Position numbers and translations under genes: made by a program. A DNA stretch of 64,000 bases from Phoronis australis (lineage: Eukaryota > Animalia > Phoronida), in assembly GCA_002633005.1 (NCBI GenBank), contig NMRA01000316.1, positions 55,999-119,998 of the forward strand. Direction: 5' to 3'. Below are positions 51,826 to 64,000 of the stretch, in pieces. Numbering within the stretch: the first letter of the stretch is position 1; the number at the start of each line of letters is the position of its first letter. Below the pieces are notes generated by a model. That model did not search any database. It had not been told where the DNA came from and worked only from the letters and a program-made list of their open reading frames with translations.

Positions 51826-54382
51826 GGGGCTATTCGGAGAATTCTCCTCGCGGTGTCTCTGCTGTACTAGTGGTGATTAAATTGCGCATGCGTGGCTGTC
51901 TGCATGTAAACAACTGGTAAAAGGTGGAATTTTTATCAAAATACGTCGTCGCGCTAAGCCTTATTATTGCTAATTTCCCTGGTGCAAGTCTTCGACAGGT
52001 GGCCACAAATTCCCAAAAGACCTAAGGTTACTATATTCGTGGACAATTGTGGTCAACAGGGTCAACTAACTGACAAAAAGTGTGTGGATGCTGAAGCCCC
52101 GTGCGTGCTTTATGTCTATGACTATGCAGTTCCATTCGGAGGCTACACAACATTACTTGGTAAGTTTTTAGCAATCAGTTTCTATCAACATCGTTCGGTG
52201 ATGTTATCCCCACCAGTTACCCCACCGAATAACAGTTTTATTGAGTGGAACTAAGTGTTTCTTTTTGGAAACTCACCCGATGCCGGGTAGGCTAGCAGCA
52301 CATATTCATATTGGCCTGGGTGGGACAGTGCTCCCAAAATAAGAGGTGTATGGTACATGATGCACAGAAATCAAGTGTGACTTTTTCACAGCAGTTTCTC
52401 TTCAAAACTATGCTGTTTCCAATAAAATTCTCTAGATGAGTGAGTTTCCTTATTTTATCGTGGACCCCACCCCCAGGACCACCAGCTCAGTTATCGAATT
52501 AACATGAATAAGCCTTAATTCAGTAAATGTCGTAACATTGCATTGGAAAAAAATTGACACCTAGAATGAATTTTACTTGTTGAGATCAGAAGCAGATTTT
52601 AAGTGTCATGAAAAATACACATTGTTAAATCACTTTTAGCCTGTTTCACANNNNNNNNNNNNNNNNNNNNNNNNNNNNNNNNNNNNNNNNNNNNNNNNNN
52701 NNNNNNNNNNNNNNNNNNNNNNNNNNNNNNNNNNNNNNNNNNNNNNNNNNNNNNNNNNNNNNNNNNNNNNNNNNNNNNNNNNNNNNNNNNNNNNNNNNNN
52801 NNNNNNNNNNNNNNNNNNNNNNNNNNNNNNNNNNNNNNNNNNNNNNNNNNNNNNNNNNNNNNNNNNNNNNNNNNNNNNNNNNNNNNNNNNNNNNNNNNNN
52901 NNNNNNNNNNNNNNNNNNNNNNNNNNNNNNNNNNNNNNNNNNNNNNNNNNNNNNNNNNNNNNNNNNNNNNNNNNNNNNNNNNNNNNNNNNNNNNNNNNNN
53001 NNNNNNNNNNNNNNNNNNNNNNNNNNNNNNNNNNNNNNNNNNNNNNNNNNNNNNNNNNNNNNNNNNNNNNNNNNNNNNNNNNNNNNNNNNNNNNNNNNNN
53101 NNNNNNNNNNNNNNNNNNNNNNNNNNNNNNNNNNNNNNNNNNNNNNNNNNNNNNNNNNNNNNNNNNNNNNNNNNNNNNNNNNNNNNNNNNNNNNNNNNNN
53201 NNNNNNNNNNNNNNNNNNNNNNNNNNNNNNNNNNNNNNNNNNNNNNNNNNNNNNNNNNNNNNNNNNNNNNNNNNNNNNNNNNNNNNNNNNNNNNNNNNNN
53301 NNNNNNNNNNNNNNNNNNNNNNNNNNNNNNNNNNNNNNNNNNNNNNNNNNNNNNNNNNNNNNNNNNNNNNNNNNNNNNNNNNNNNNNNNNNNNNNNNNNN
53401 NNNNNNNNNNNNNNNNNNNNNNNNNNNNNNNNNNNNNNNNNNNNNNNNNNNNNNNNNNNNNNNNNNNNNNNNNNNNNNNNNNNNNNNNNNNNNNNNNNNN
53501 NNNNNNNNNNNNNNNNNNNNNNNNNNNNNNNNNNNNNNNNNNNNNNNNNNNNNNNNNNNNNNNNNNNNNNNNNNNNNNNNNNNNNNNNNNNNNNNNNNNN
53601 NNNNNNNNNNNNNNNNNNNACGACTTGCAACATTTCAAGGCATGAGTTAAGACTATTCAGTCACTGTGAATTCGGAAAATGTAATATATTTTCGTGGTTT
53701 TACAATTGATACAAGTAGCAAAACAGCATATCTCCTCTGCACGGTACAAGCCTTCAAACCTAAAAACCAAAGGTTACGTGAAAACTGACGTGATAGATTT
53801 CCATTTCAACGTGTAACAGATTGCCAGAAGACATATGATAGGGAGTAAACAAATAGTCTAATGCAATGGATATTTATCACTCACGTACCCTTTACCATTG
53901 GGATTGGATTGTAATCTTAACTCATTAACCTGTATCGAGTTGACAGCATAAACATTCAGCATTGATTGATGTAACTATCACTGATAAACTTTTAGAAATC
54001 ATTCCAAACAATAATAATGCTTTGATGTACGAAAGATCCCGATTGCTACGTCAAGTATCGTATCACATATCACAACATATAAAGATTAACCAGACTCTGG
54101 CTGGCGACTGACTGCCGCGAAGTCGACATCGGCGAGTGCCTCAGTTAACAGGCATCGGTAGAATAATCATGGAATAATCGTAAAAATAATCACTTACCTT
54201 TGTATGAGGTCGTGCTTACTTCCCCTCATAGAAGCACCCTTTTTACGCAATCTCAGATTCAGTTGGCACGGCTGCAAGCTATTTCACCATGTCTTTAAAG
54301 GGCTCGCGAAATCGAGGCTGTTAATCTATCACCACTAGTACACGCACGCCCTCTAGTTATTGTAGATTTTCCGAATAGCCCC
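51826..54382. mobile_element. Non-autonomous TIR element with AT-flanked GGGGCTATTCGGA ends (ISL2EU-like); spans the assembly gap
   Basis: AAT|GGGGCTATTCGGAGAAT ... ATTTTCCGAATAGCCCC|ATT. The superfamily is inferred from the termini only. Confidence 0.6.
52651..53619. other. Assembly gap (969 N)
   Basis: Run of N; the ORFs called across it are artefacts. Confidence 1.
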
Positions 54383-54466
54383 ATTCCACAAAGGACACCT
54401 ACTTTCACACGTTGGAGGGTTGAGTGCCAGTGTTACTTTCAGTAGTCCTTACTTTTTTCCAGAATC

Positions 54467-54849
54467 ATGCTCAACTTGAAAATTACCTGTTTGACCTTAC
54501 TGACAGCGTGCGCTGTCGTTAAAGGATATATCGGATTGGACAAATTCGACGACAGCTATATTAGAGGCGTCAGTACGATGTTCTATTATCCCGGACTAGT
54601 GAATCACCAGTATGCCGTAGGCGTTTTAAACACGGGAGGCGACTCTTCGGACAACCCACTATATCCTTGCTACAGGGAAGGGGGCGGTAAATACCTTGAC
54701 AAGGCCAGGTGGTATACCATGGATGCGCCCATTCGTTTGCAGAACTTCTGGGCGCGCGAACGTATTAAGGGCGATGTGAACATTCACGCAGAGATTCTGG
54801 TTTTGGACGCCCTCCCTGACGTAATGCGACAGTTTGGTGCTGCTGTAAA
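54467..54849 (+). CDS. Secreted AID/APOBEC-like deaminase (SNAD-like) gene B, coding exon 1
   Basis: Signal peptide MLNLKITCLTLLTACAVVKG, QYAVGVLN, NFWAR...IHAEILVL. Phase-2 donor AA|GTAAGT at 54850; acceptor ttttccAG at 54461-54462. Confidence 0.9.
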
Positions 54850-57800
54850 GTAAGTTGCTAACTAAAGTATAGGTTACACCCTTGGTACACGAAGAAACAA
54901 AACTGATTACAGCGTTAACGTGCCTTCACACCAGGTCAAGTGATCAGCCACCTTGTCTGACAAATCTGCGCATGTTAACCGTCGTCAAACTTCAGGGCCT
55001 AATTCTCGAAATATCTATATCCAGACGTTGTTTTGGGGGGAGCGGTTAACCTTTAGTAAACCTTCGCTAAGAAACGAAGCCAAAAATTAAAAAAAAAATC
55101 TGTTGTTGGGTTTGTACTTAATGGTTGGAAGACCGTCTCCACCTTTGTTTTACAAGTGCGATACTGAGGAGTTGTGAGGAAAGTGCGCGGAGAGCCGCAT
55201 TTTTCAGACATGAAAAGGTGTGTTTGTGAGGGCTGGTAACAAGCACGTGACTGAGAACGTCTCTGCAGGCCTGTAGGAAGGCAACAATTATTGGGGGGTT
55301 CACAAACCATTTAGACTTCGCCAAACTAGCCCCCCCCAACTCCGCCACCCCTGTGCTCCCGATGCCACCATACTTGAACCGAATCTCCCACGTCCGCCCT
55401 ACACGTACATGTAGGTGGGGGACAATCCCGGGATGCAGCGATCAAGAGTCGAGTAACAGTGGCCCAACATTCAGAGTAAGAATAGGCCTAGGACCAGTAA
55501 ACTGACCGGTAGCGAAGAGCTGCCTCAAGTAGCTATAACTTAGATCTAACAGTGTGAAAATACGAAATTCCTAACGAAGTAAACCTAGTTGCTGGTCAGC
55601 TTACATGTAGCAGTGATTCAGTTGAGGCAGGCAGCTCGTGCAAGCCCTTCGCACTGGCTCTAAGGCCAATTTTCGTTTTATTGTGATCCAGCATGGGAGA
55701 ACTTTATTTTATTATGTTCATTCTTTGAAGGGTTTTTTTCGAAAAGGAGAGGTACCGGTGTCCTGGTATAGTGCCTTTGGGGCTGTTTCAAAATCTATCG
55801 TTCAAACATGACGACCGACAGTCCAGTTTCTGGTGGTTGGGGAAAATGATACAGCGTGATTCACAAAAAATTAGTCACACTTCGACGCCTGAAGTTCAGT
55901 TCCTGTGGATCTCTGAGATTCTGCACGGTTTTATTTTTTTCTTAACGTCGGTGCGCCAGTCATGACCTGCACGGGAATTGAGCAAGCAAACAATTCAGTT
56001 TTAAAGAACAAAAATCTACTGCTCAAAACTACGAGAAAATAAAAACACCAAGTAAGTACAAAGACAACTTTTCCAAGCAACGAGTTTAATTTTATTTATT
56101 TAAGGAATTTTAAAACTTTCTTCGATCTATTGTTTTTGAGTCTGAATTTCATCAATGTCTTTAAGAGTTATTTTAGATTGGCAAACATCTTTTAACTGTA
56201 CTTTACTATTTGAGGATCGGATTACAGAGTTTTACAACTTCAGGCTGCAATTAAATTCACTGAAATATCATCATTTCTGAGAAGATTAGCTTGTAACTGT
56301 CAAAAGTCATCCATGAATCTATCGATTTTCGTAGATGCATAAACAAGTAAAATAGAAACCAAAGATTTTTTTATCAAAACTAAATGTTATAAGCAATTTC
56401 CGCAGGCATGCTCGCAGATTTTTGACGGGTAACCGGAGGAACATAGGTGATGGGGCATTCGTATTACGGTGTATTTTTGCTAATTTTAGAGGTAAATGTG
56501 CCTATAATGGTTCACGAGGTAAATTTGAACTCCACTGACAAAAATGCTGAAATAATTGTATATGATTGCGAGAGTTCTTTGTTTACCCCGTTCGACATGT
56601 ACGCGGTCATCAGAAATAGTAGCACAGACAGCAGTGTTTTCCGCATGTGAAAATTCATTACATGCAAATCATAGTAACCATGCACGCACCAAAGGGGTTT
56701 CGGGAGGCCTCGCACGAGCCGATCCCCACATTTGGCGAAGTGGGCAAAAAGGTCCGCCCCAGAGAAACAAAAAGTCCGAGCAAATAAGACAAAAGTCCAC
56801 AGGAACTCGGCGCGAAAGCACACTTCGTAAGCCTGAACATATTGGCTCCGTTTTCTGTAGTATTCGTTGATGTTATTCTGTAAAAGGTCCGAGTACCGGA
56901 AAGTTTGGACCCCCTATAATTTAGGTTGGGTGTGCGCATACATGTAGTGTCAATAGTGTCGTTGAAGAGATTATTGCCGCTTGCGCCAAGGATAATGTTG
57001 CTGAACCGCTCTCACTATTGCCAACAATTCTGCGCCTCCAAGGGGTCGTCAGCCTTCTCGCTGCCTACTTTCGACTATCCTGACGATCTATGTACATGTG
57101 CGACCCACTACAGACGACGACGATGACTCCAACGTTCCCTGTCGGCGACAAAGACTACAAGGCCTACGAATTTTTTAAGGCGTAACCAATTCCAACCGTC
57201 GATCCTTGTTTTAGCAGTTGGTTACACGAAACTGTTAACCATCTTAGGAATGAATGATTAGACTTCCTTGACTATGGCAGTTGCCTCAGGTTTTTGACTG
57301 AGTGAGTTCAAAAAAGTCAAAATGACGTCACATTAAACAGGTGACTAAAGCGCACGGTTTGTTGTCACGAAACACATTTTCACCATCACTAAGGGGTCTA
57401 TTTTGTGAAACGTGACTTAAGACTTAGTCACTAAATTGGTCTTATGCTGGACACAACTATTTCCGAAAAAAATATTTAAAAAGTCCGAAGTATCGGAGAA
57501 CATACAGATAGCTGATAGTTATCGAAATAATTTATATAAATAATTTTAGACGCAGCTGCTCTCATCATTACTGGGCTAAAAATTAATTCAGCAACTGTGA
57601 CGTGAAAGCACGAGACAAAATGTGTGTTTTATGTCTTTATTCATGTAACGCACCCCAGGAAATTGGATGTGTTTTGCTGAAAGCATGGGATATCCATTCC
57701 TCTATCAAAATGGCTTTCTAGTAAGTAATTCGGATATACATGTGCAAGTCGCTAGGAGCTCCTAGACTTATGGAAACATACCATTTACATTTTGGCGTAA

Positions 57801-58137
57801 CGCATGCAAACACAACGTACTATAATAATAATGTTTCAATGCAAGTTTGTGCATTTTTCACAAAAATTAATATGTAGAAGGTCGTTAAGTTGTGGTTTTT
57901 AAAACGTCCAATTTGAAGGGTAGTTATGTTTAATTGATTCTGTTTTTCATTCTGCAAGCATGAAATTTCAAGTGAAAACCAATGTGGTACCGTTAATGTT
58001 GCTAGACGCTGTAAATCGCGACGCCGGGTGTCTTTTGGAATATTCAATCCTGGTGTTCGGTACAAGTTCACCGGTACGCTCTTTTTAAAATCATATAAAC
58101 AGGAAATATTTATAGTTATGCACCTGATATATTTCAG

Positions 58138-58407
58138 AGAAATCCATATGTACACACAACTGTCCCGTGCGAGCGATGCACCGATCGTATCAGAGATTTT
58201 GCAAGGGGCCACGGAACTGTGAAATTCTACATTGGTTACGACTACGTATTCACACACGAAGGAGACCCAACAGGTCAAATAGCTTTGGACTACGCCAAAC
58301 AACAGTTTACACCATTGAAGAACCTGTGGTTCGATCAAGTTGCTGATCCTACTAAGGGACCCTTTATGAGCTGCAGTTATCCACGCGGCCAAAACACCTT
58401 GTTCTAA
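58138..58407 (+). pseudogene. SNAD-like gene B, coding exon 2, with a 1-bp frameshift (pseudogene or sequencing error)
   Basis: Acceptor atttcAG at 58136-58137. Reads (K)EIHMYTQLS; restoring one C at 58164-58166 gives PCERCTDRIRDFARGHGTVKFYIGYDYVF...FDQV...CSYPRGQNTLF*, colinear with gene A exon 2. AATAAA at ~58430. Confidence 0.85.
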
Positions 58408-58449
58408 TGGCATAAAATATTGATTGAAAAATAAAACTGGCAGTGGTAA

Positions 58450-61400
58450 CCTAACCTAAGTTTACCGCAAGCTTGCAGCAAACATCTCTATGTCCTTATA
58501 TGGAACAGTTCTTGCAACCCAGCCGCACACATTGCTGCAAGCTTGCCGCAAACATCTCTATGTCCTTATATGGAACAGTTCCTGCAACCCAGCCGCACAT
58601 ATTGCTGCAAGCTTGCCCCAAATATCTTCATGGGGTTATATAGAAGTTTCTGCGCACCATCAGAAAAAAATATTGCTGCAAGCCTACAACATACTTGAAT
58701 TGTGGCATGAATAATTTAATGCAAAAATGCCAGCTGACAAATACATAATTTTTATTGCATGCCCGCTTGTTAAAGCAAGAAAATACACAGTCAGCTGCAC
58801 ACTGGATTTAACATGATAATTTTCAATCTGATGTATAATGACTAGAAATGAAAACAAAATCACATGACAATGAATAACAGAAGCTATAAAAGTGTCTACA
58901 TTGGCAATTAGTAATAATACTTGCATTACAATCAAAATTGTATCTTGAGAGAACATCTTGAATGTATGCCAAGCTTTAATTACAATATACCTAGATGTTT
59001 TATTCTTAACGCACAACAAAATCTATAATAATTGCAACAACGATATTATTTACTTGACTAAACTAACAACAGCAACACAGAGCGTTGAAATGCACCCAAC
59101 AGAGTGTTTATTAGGATTGAAAATACCTCATTACTTGTCAACTGAAAAAAAACACGCTTAACAATTAGAATTCTCATGTTCATCTAAAATACTTGAAAAC
59201 TGTCGAATACTTCATCGATTACTATTTTTGCTTCCCAATATGGTTTCATGATACATCAGTCTACTGAATGGGCTATCATTGAACTTGTAGGCCTTTCTTG
59301 AAATTTGCAATATTTCGACTATAGCGATATCATCCAATAACATCATTCATTTATCTAAGGCATCAACCATAAATTATACCTTTCTATTCTACAATATTAC
59401 CATGGTGTTGAAAAGAACAACTGCAGAGGTTATATCCAGTTATTACCATACTAGTGGACGTTCTAAACACATTCTACTCCAGACTAATCTGCATTACAGC
59501 CATCGTAGGTGTTCCATAGGGTTCATATGGGATGATCGCTAGTGTTTTCATCCGTGTTTGTTCGAGCCAACCTTGAGATGCTGTGTACGCCATTTGTTCC
59601 GGTGTTTTCAACTCAAACTTGTTGCCTCGTAACCTCTGCAGTGTCTCTGGCTTTCATCAAGTACATTATGTCACTCAACATTCACAAACCTAAAATATGA
59701 ATGTCATTTCACTTTCCAGAAAAAGGCATTTGTGATAGCATTATTAGAATCTCAATTACGTTTTAAGTCGGAACTTTTGCTCTTCTGCTCATGTATGAAC
59801 AGACAGTTAAACTTGTGTTCAATAGTTTGACTGCAGACTGAGAATGCGCATGACGGAAGGTGATGGCCGTAAAAACACCTACCAGTAGTTACAATATGCT
59901 AATCTTATTTTGTGCCCAATAGTTACCATGCATTTAACCAAAATAAAAATTTGTTGTTCCTATTGCGAATCAAACAGTCAGAGAGCGATGTGAAAATTGA
60001 CACAAACTTAAGTTTTACAGTCTCAATTAAGTGATTATTTTGAAGGACTGGTTACATGTAACTTGACAACGTTTTGGAAACTAGTTGATTCTGGTCTCAA
60101 CCCCAGTTAACTCATTTGAAATCTGTGCTGTACTTTTCAATAACCATTATAACCTAAAATTTGGCTGAATCAGTAAGAAAATCAACTTCCTTTTGTTTGT
60201 AAGACCAAAACTACTGATTCATGAATGAAGTCTAAGTAATTTTACTTAACAATCACGTCAATATGAATACAATTTTAAATTCAAAACTCACATCCATACA
60301 GTTCTTCAGTTATCCATGTAGAGTCGAGGCTGTACCAAAACCGTTTGAATTTGGTTCAAGTGAATGAAAGCTATAGGTCACTTCCCAGGCATGTAACCTT
60401 GACAACCACATGCTTTCCTTGATAACAATCTCACCAGATCAACATGTGGCTGGGCTACCATAATTTAAATAAACATTCAATAGCCCTAGAGGCATTAAAC
60501 ATTAATGTATTCCAAGAGGCATTCCTTGAAAACAGTCCTAGCAGTTCAACACGTAGCTGGGCTAGTATGATTAAAATAAACAATAACCCTAGAAGCATAA
60601 AACAATATTATAAGGACACTAGTGAAATTAAATTTCTTATTTTTTCATAAATAATGTGCAATACCACAAGAATCCCGAGTCATATCCATAGCAGCTGACA
60701 GACAATATTTTGAAAAATTGTGAGTCTTCAGAACAATGCTAAATGTCCTTGAAAAATCAAAATGAGTAATTTTCGGCAATTATTTTTGTCCGAAATAGAC
60801 AAAATTTTACTGTAGCTACAGACTGGCAGCTACCACCTGATTATGAGATAATTTCACGTGTTGGAAAAGTACAAATTGCTCTAAATGCTAATACTTGCAC
60901 ATTTGGTAAAACTGGATCATATATTTGTGTATGGTTTGTATTGATATTTATTGTGCTTGCTTACACAGCATGCAGGCAACACTGCCTTTGTTGTTTTAAA
61001 GCAATTGCATTTAATATTTTGCTGTACTGACTTTGACAGCAGTATGAAAGGAAAATGAAAACTTGTTAAGTATAGTGACTGAATAAAAAACAAAGAACAT
61101 ACAGATGCAGTTATATTCTCTAATGTTTTAGGTCGCTTTTGGTCATCTTTGAGCATTTGCTATTTTTAACAATGTAACTTACCCAACAATAGGTCCCATT
61201 TAGGTAAGTAATCTAAAATAAGTAACTGCCCTGCTTAGGTTCTGGGATTTGAGGTTTCTATGAAATTTAGAAAATAAAAACAATTTCACAATTTCTAACA
61301 TTGTCACAATATTAATGCTAACACTTTAAACATTGAAATTTACTGCAAATTTCGTGCAAGCACTTTTTCACCTATTCCTGAGAACACTTTTCACCAATAT

Positions 61401-61792
61401 AGTTTCCTGCAACTTTTCCGCAAACACTTTTCACCAATAAAGTTTCCTGCAACTTTCCCGCAAACACTTTGTCATCAATAAAGTTTCCTGCAACTTTCCC
61501 GCAAACACTTTTTCATCAATAAAGTTTCCTGCAACTTTCCCGCAAACCACTTTTCAACAATAAAGTTTCCTGCAACTTTCCCGCAAACACTTTTTCAATC
61601 ACCAAGTTTGCCGCAACATTCCTGCAAACTTCAGTGTTTGCAGCAAGGTTGCGGCAATGTGTGCGGCTGAGTTGCGGGTAGCGGCAAACTCCTGCAAACT
61701 TTGCGGCTAGTTTGCTGCAAACAAAATTGTTTGCCGCAAGCTTGCGGCATGTTTGCTGCAAGCTTGCGGCAAACATTGTCTTTTGGTATGGG
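58450..61792. mobile_element. Non-autonomous EnSpm/CACTA-like element with GCAAGCTTGC subterminal repeats
   Basis: GCAAGCTTGC(A/G/C)GCAAAC repeats at 58460-58690 and 61600-61780; ~40-bp tandem AAAGTTTCCTGCAACTTTCCCGCAAACACTTT at ~61400-61600; right end TTTTGGTATGGG. The left terminus is degenerate. Confidence 0.55.
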
Positions 61793-62299
61793 AAGACCCA
61801 ATCAGTTGCTTTTTCCGGTTAACCGTGCTAAACTGGCGAAGTCAATCAAGGGGAGTCATCATGAAATTGTATTCTGACCACGGCAATAAATGAGACACCC
61901 TCCACTACCGGCTGTGTGATGACAAAAATGCGGAATTTCAGCCATAAAAGTACTTTTTGAAGAAAAAAAAAATCGCAGAGCTCACCAAACGTGAGAAGGT
62001 CGTAGCCTTCTTTTTTACTCCGTAAAAATGTAATCTTTGGTCATTTTACACAAGTGAACCGTGTCCTTTCGGTTTTTGAACGTTGAACTATGACTTCGGA
62101 GAGAGGGGGTAGCGGGTTGAGAAATGTTTTTTTGCACACCACAATTAAAGTCCATGAGAACGACAGGCGTAGCTCGTTATAACTGAGAATAGCACGTGTA
62201 ACGTTGAGTAAATTATTTTTGGGATACATTGCAAAAACGTATTCATATGTCAGATACTTGACTTGATGATGTAACACGTAACTGGATCCCAACCACCCC

Positions 62300-62720
62300 T
62301 CATTGGAGAAAGCAAGAGACCGATCCTTACCAGATTCAAAGAACATCTGAAACTAGACAGACCAACGGCCGTGGGAGAACATACATGTATTTTGGCGACT
62401 GAGCACACCATCTCTCTTGCGTAATCCAGGATCATAGCCATGGAACAAAATTGGTATACTCGTAAGCTCAAAGAGGCCATAAACATCAACAGTTAGCGCC
62501 CCCTCTTAAACCGAGAGAGAGGACTCCACCTACCCCCCCCGTGTACTCNCCCCCCCCCCCCCCGTGTACTCCAGCATTCTTAACGTAGGTAAGGCGGGAA
62601 ATCTCTCATTCATCGACAAACACCTGGCGGACCGGGCCGAAACGTCTGCCAACAACCAACTACGACTCTAAGTAAGTGATGCTTCTGGAGACCAATGACG
62701 AACCTATTCTCCAGAATTCA
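62300..62720 (+). mobile_element. Penelope-like retroelement fragment (GIY-YIG C-terminal part and tail)
   Basis: IGESKRPILTRFKEHLKLDRPTAVGEH...SRIIAMEQNWYTRKLKEAININ.*RPLLNRERGLHLPP with stops, followed by a ...GGCCGAAACGTC pLTR-like tail. Confidence 0.8.
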
Positions 62721-63565
62721 ACAAATGAACGTGCTTGCAAAGCTATTTTGTTAAAACATAACACAAGACAAATAGCAAAATATGCCTAAATTATAAACCT
62801 ACTAGCCAAATCCCAGATCTCATGAACAGGCAAGATCATACTTCATTTGCAGTAATGTTACTGACCACCGGATGGCGTCTACACGTACATGTATACTGTG
62901 CTTGCATTCATGTTGACATTTATCCGTTCACTTACACTTTGCCATAATCAAGTGTTTTTCTACATGTACAATGGCCCTCGTACGCATTTAAATGTGTAAT
63001 GAAAAATCTAAGCCGGTCTATCGTAGTAGAGTAAACATCGTCTTTTCAAAGTTCGTTCGTAATCAAACAAGACAAATTACCAATATCCGGTTCAGACACA
63101 TGCTAATGCTAATTTCCTAAAAATGCGGGTCTACGAAAAATTATTTAACGTGCATGTGGTTCTGTTCACCCCAGAGGTTTGTCGTGACGTCGAAAGTAAG
63201 GTAAGCGACTTCATCAACAGTTTGACAACTTGGTTTATGTCACGAATTATCTCCTCGTACGAATTATTCAGACATGCCGATTTTATAACTATGTGTTTTT
63301 CTTTTACAAGTGTCGACCAAAAGTGTTTTATTATTGTTATTATGTTTATTATTATTACCATTATTAACTAATATTATTTCTTAAAAATAACAGGTTCGGG
63401 ATCATGTCACTTCTGAGCTGCGACATCGTCTTTTACAAAGAAAAGTACGGCACTTTATCCGGGTTATTGCTTCTAATATTATTTTGAAAGTTCCACAAAC
63501 GGTCACCTACTTCCACACGTTGAATGAATGTGCTATTAACAGTAGTCCTTACTTTTTTCAGAATA

Positions 63566-63948
63566 ATGATGAACCTGAAAATTACCTGTTTGACCTTACT
63601 GACAGCGTGCGCTGTCGTCAGCGGTTATATCGGCTTGGATAAATTCGACGACAGCTATATTAGAGGCGTCAGTTCCATGTTCTATTATCCCGGACTAAAG
63701 AATCACCAGTATGCCGTAGGCATTTTAAACACTGGAGGAGACTCCTCAAAGAACCCACTCCATCCTTGCTACAAGGAACCGGGCAGCAAATACCTTAACA
63801 AGGAAAGGTGGTATACCATGGATGCGCCCATTCGTTGGCAGAACTTCTGGGCGCGTGAACGCATTAAGGGCGACGTGAAAATTCATGCAGAGATTCAGAT
63901 TTTGGACGCCCTCCCTGAAGTAATGCGACAATTTGGTGATACTGTAAA
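63566..63948 (+). CDS. Secreted AID/APOBEC-like deaminase (SNAD-like) gene C, coding exon 1 (exon 2 lies beyond the window)
   Basis: MMNLKITCLTLLTACAVVSG signal peptide, QYAVGILN, NFWAR...IHAEIQIL. Phase-2 donor AA|GTAAGT at 63949. Differs from gene B exon 1 at 19 of 128 residues by manual count. Confidence 0.92.
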
Positions 63949-64000
63949 GTAAGTTGCGTAATTAAAGGTACTGATTACACCCTCATTACACGAAAAAAAA

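Noticed and set aside
52599-53638. 330-344 aa ORFs
   Set aside because: They are translations of the N gap.
57820-58413. 197-aa minus-strand ORF
   Set aside because: It is the antisense shadow of gene B exon 2 plus intron and has no recognisable motif.

Overview
Eukaryotic (invertebrate-like, AT-rich, TACATGTA-rich) draft-assembly window with spliceosomal introns, one 969-nt N gap and several single-N joins. The main result is a cluster of three paralogous genes for signal-peptide-bearing AID/APOBEC-like zinc deaminases (SNAD-like). The HAE and SPCxxC motifs sit on separate exons joined by a phase-2 intron, so the ORF track never shows a whole protein. Gene A (minus, 37178-35095) is intact at 199 aa. 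Gene B (plus, 54467-58407) has a 1-bp frameshift exactly in the SPC motif. Gene C (plus, from 63566) runs off the window. The rest is mostly decayed sequence: a four-exon pseudogenised BIRC6 fragment with one splice donor split by a Harbinger element, a decayed Kolobok-type transposon (DDE transposase plus convergent P2X7-ballast-like KolX gene), two non-autonomous Kolobok copies, hAT-, ISL2EU-, EnSpm- and Tc1-like elements, a solo LTR, Penelope fragments (one with a hammerhead ribozyme core), and palindromes built on (TACATG)n. All family assignments come from motif recognition by eye, not database searches.
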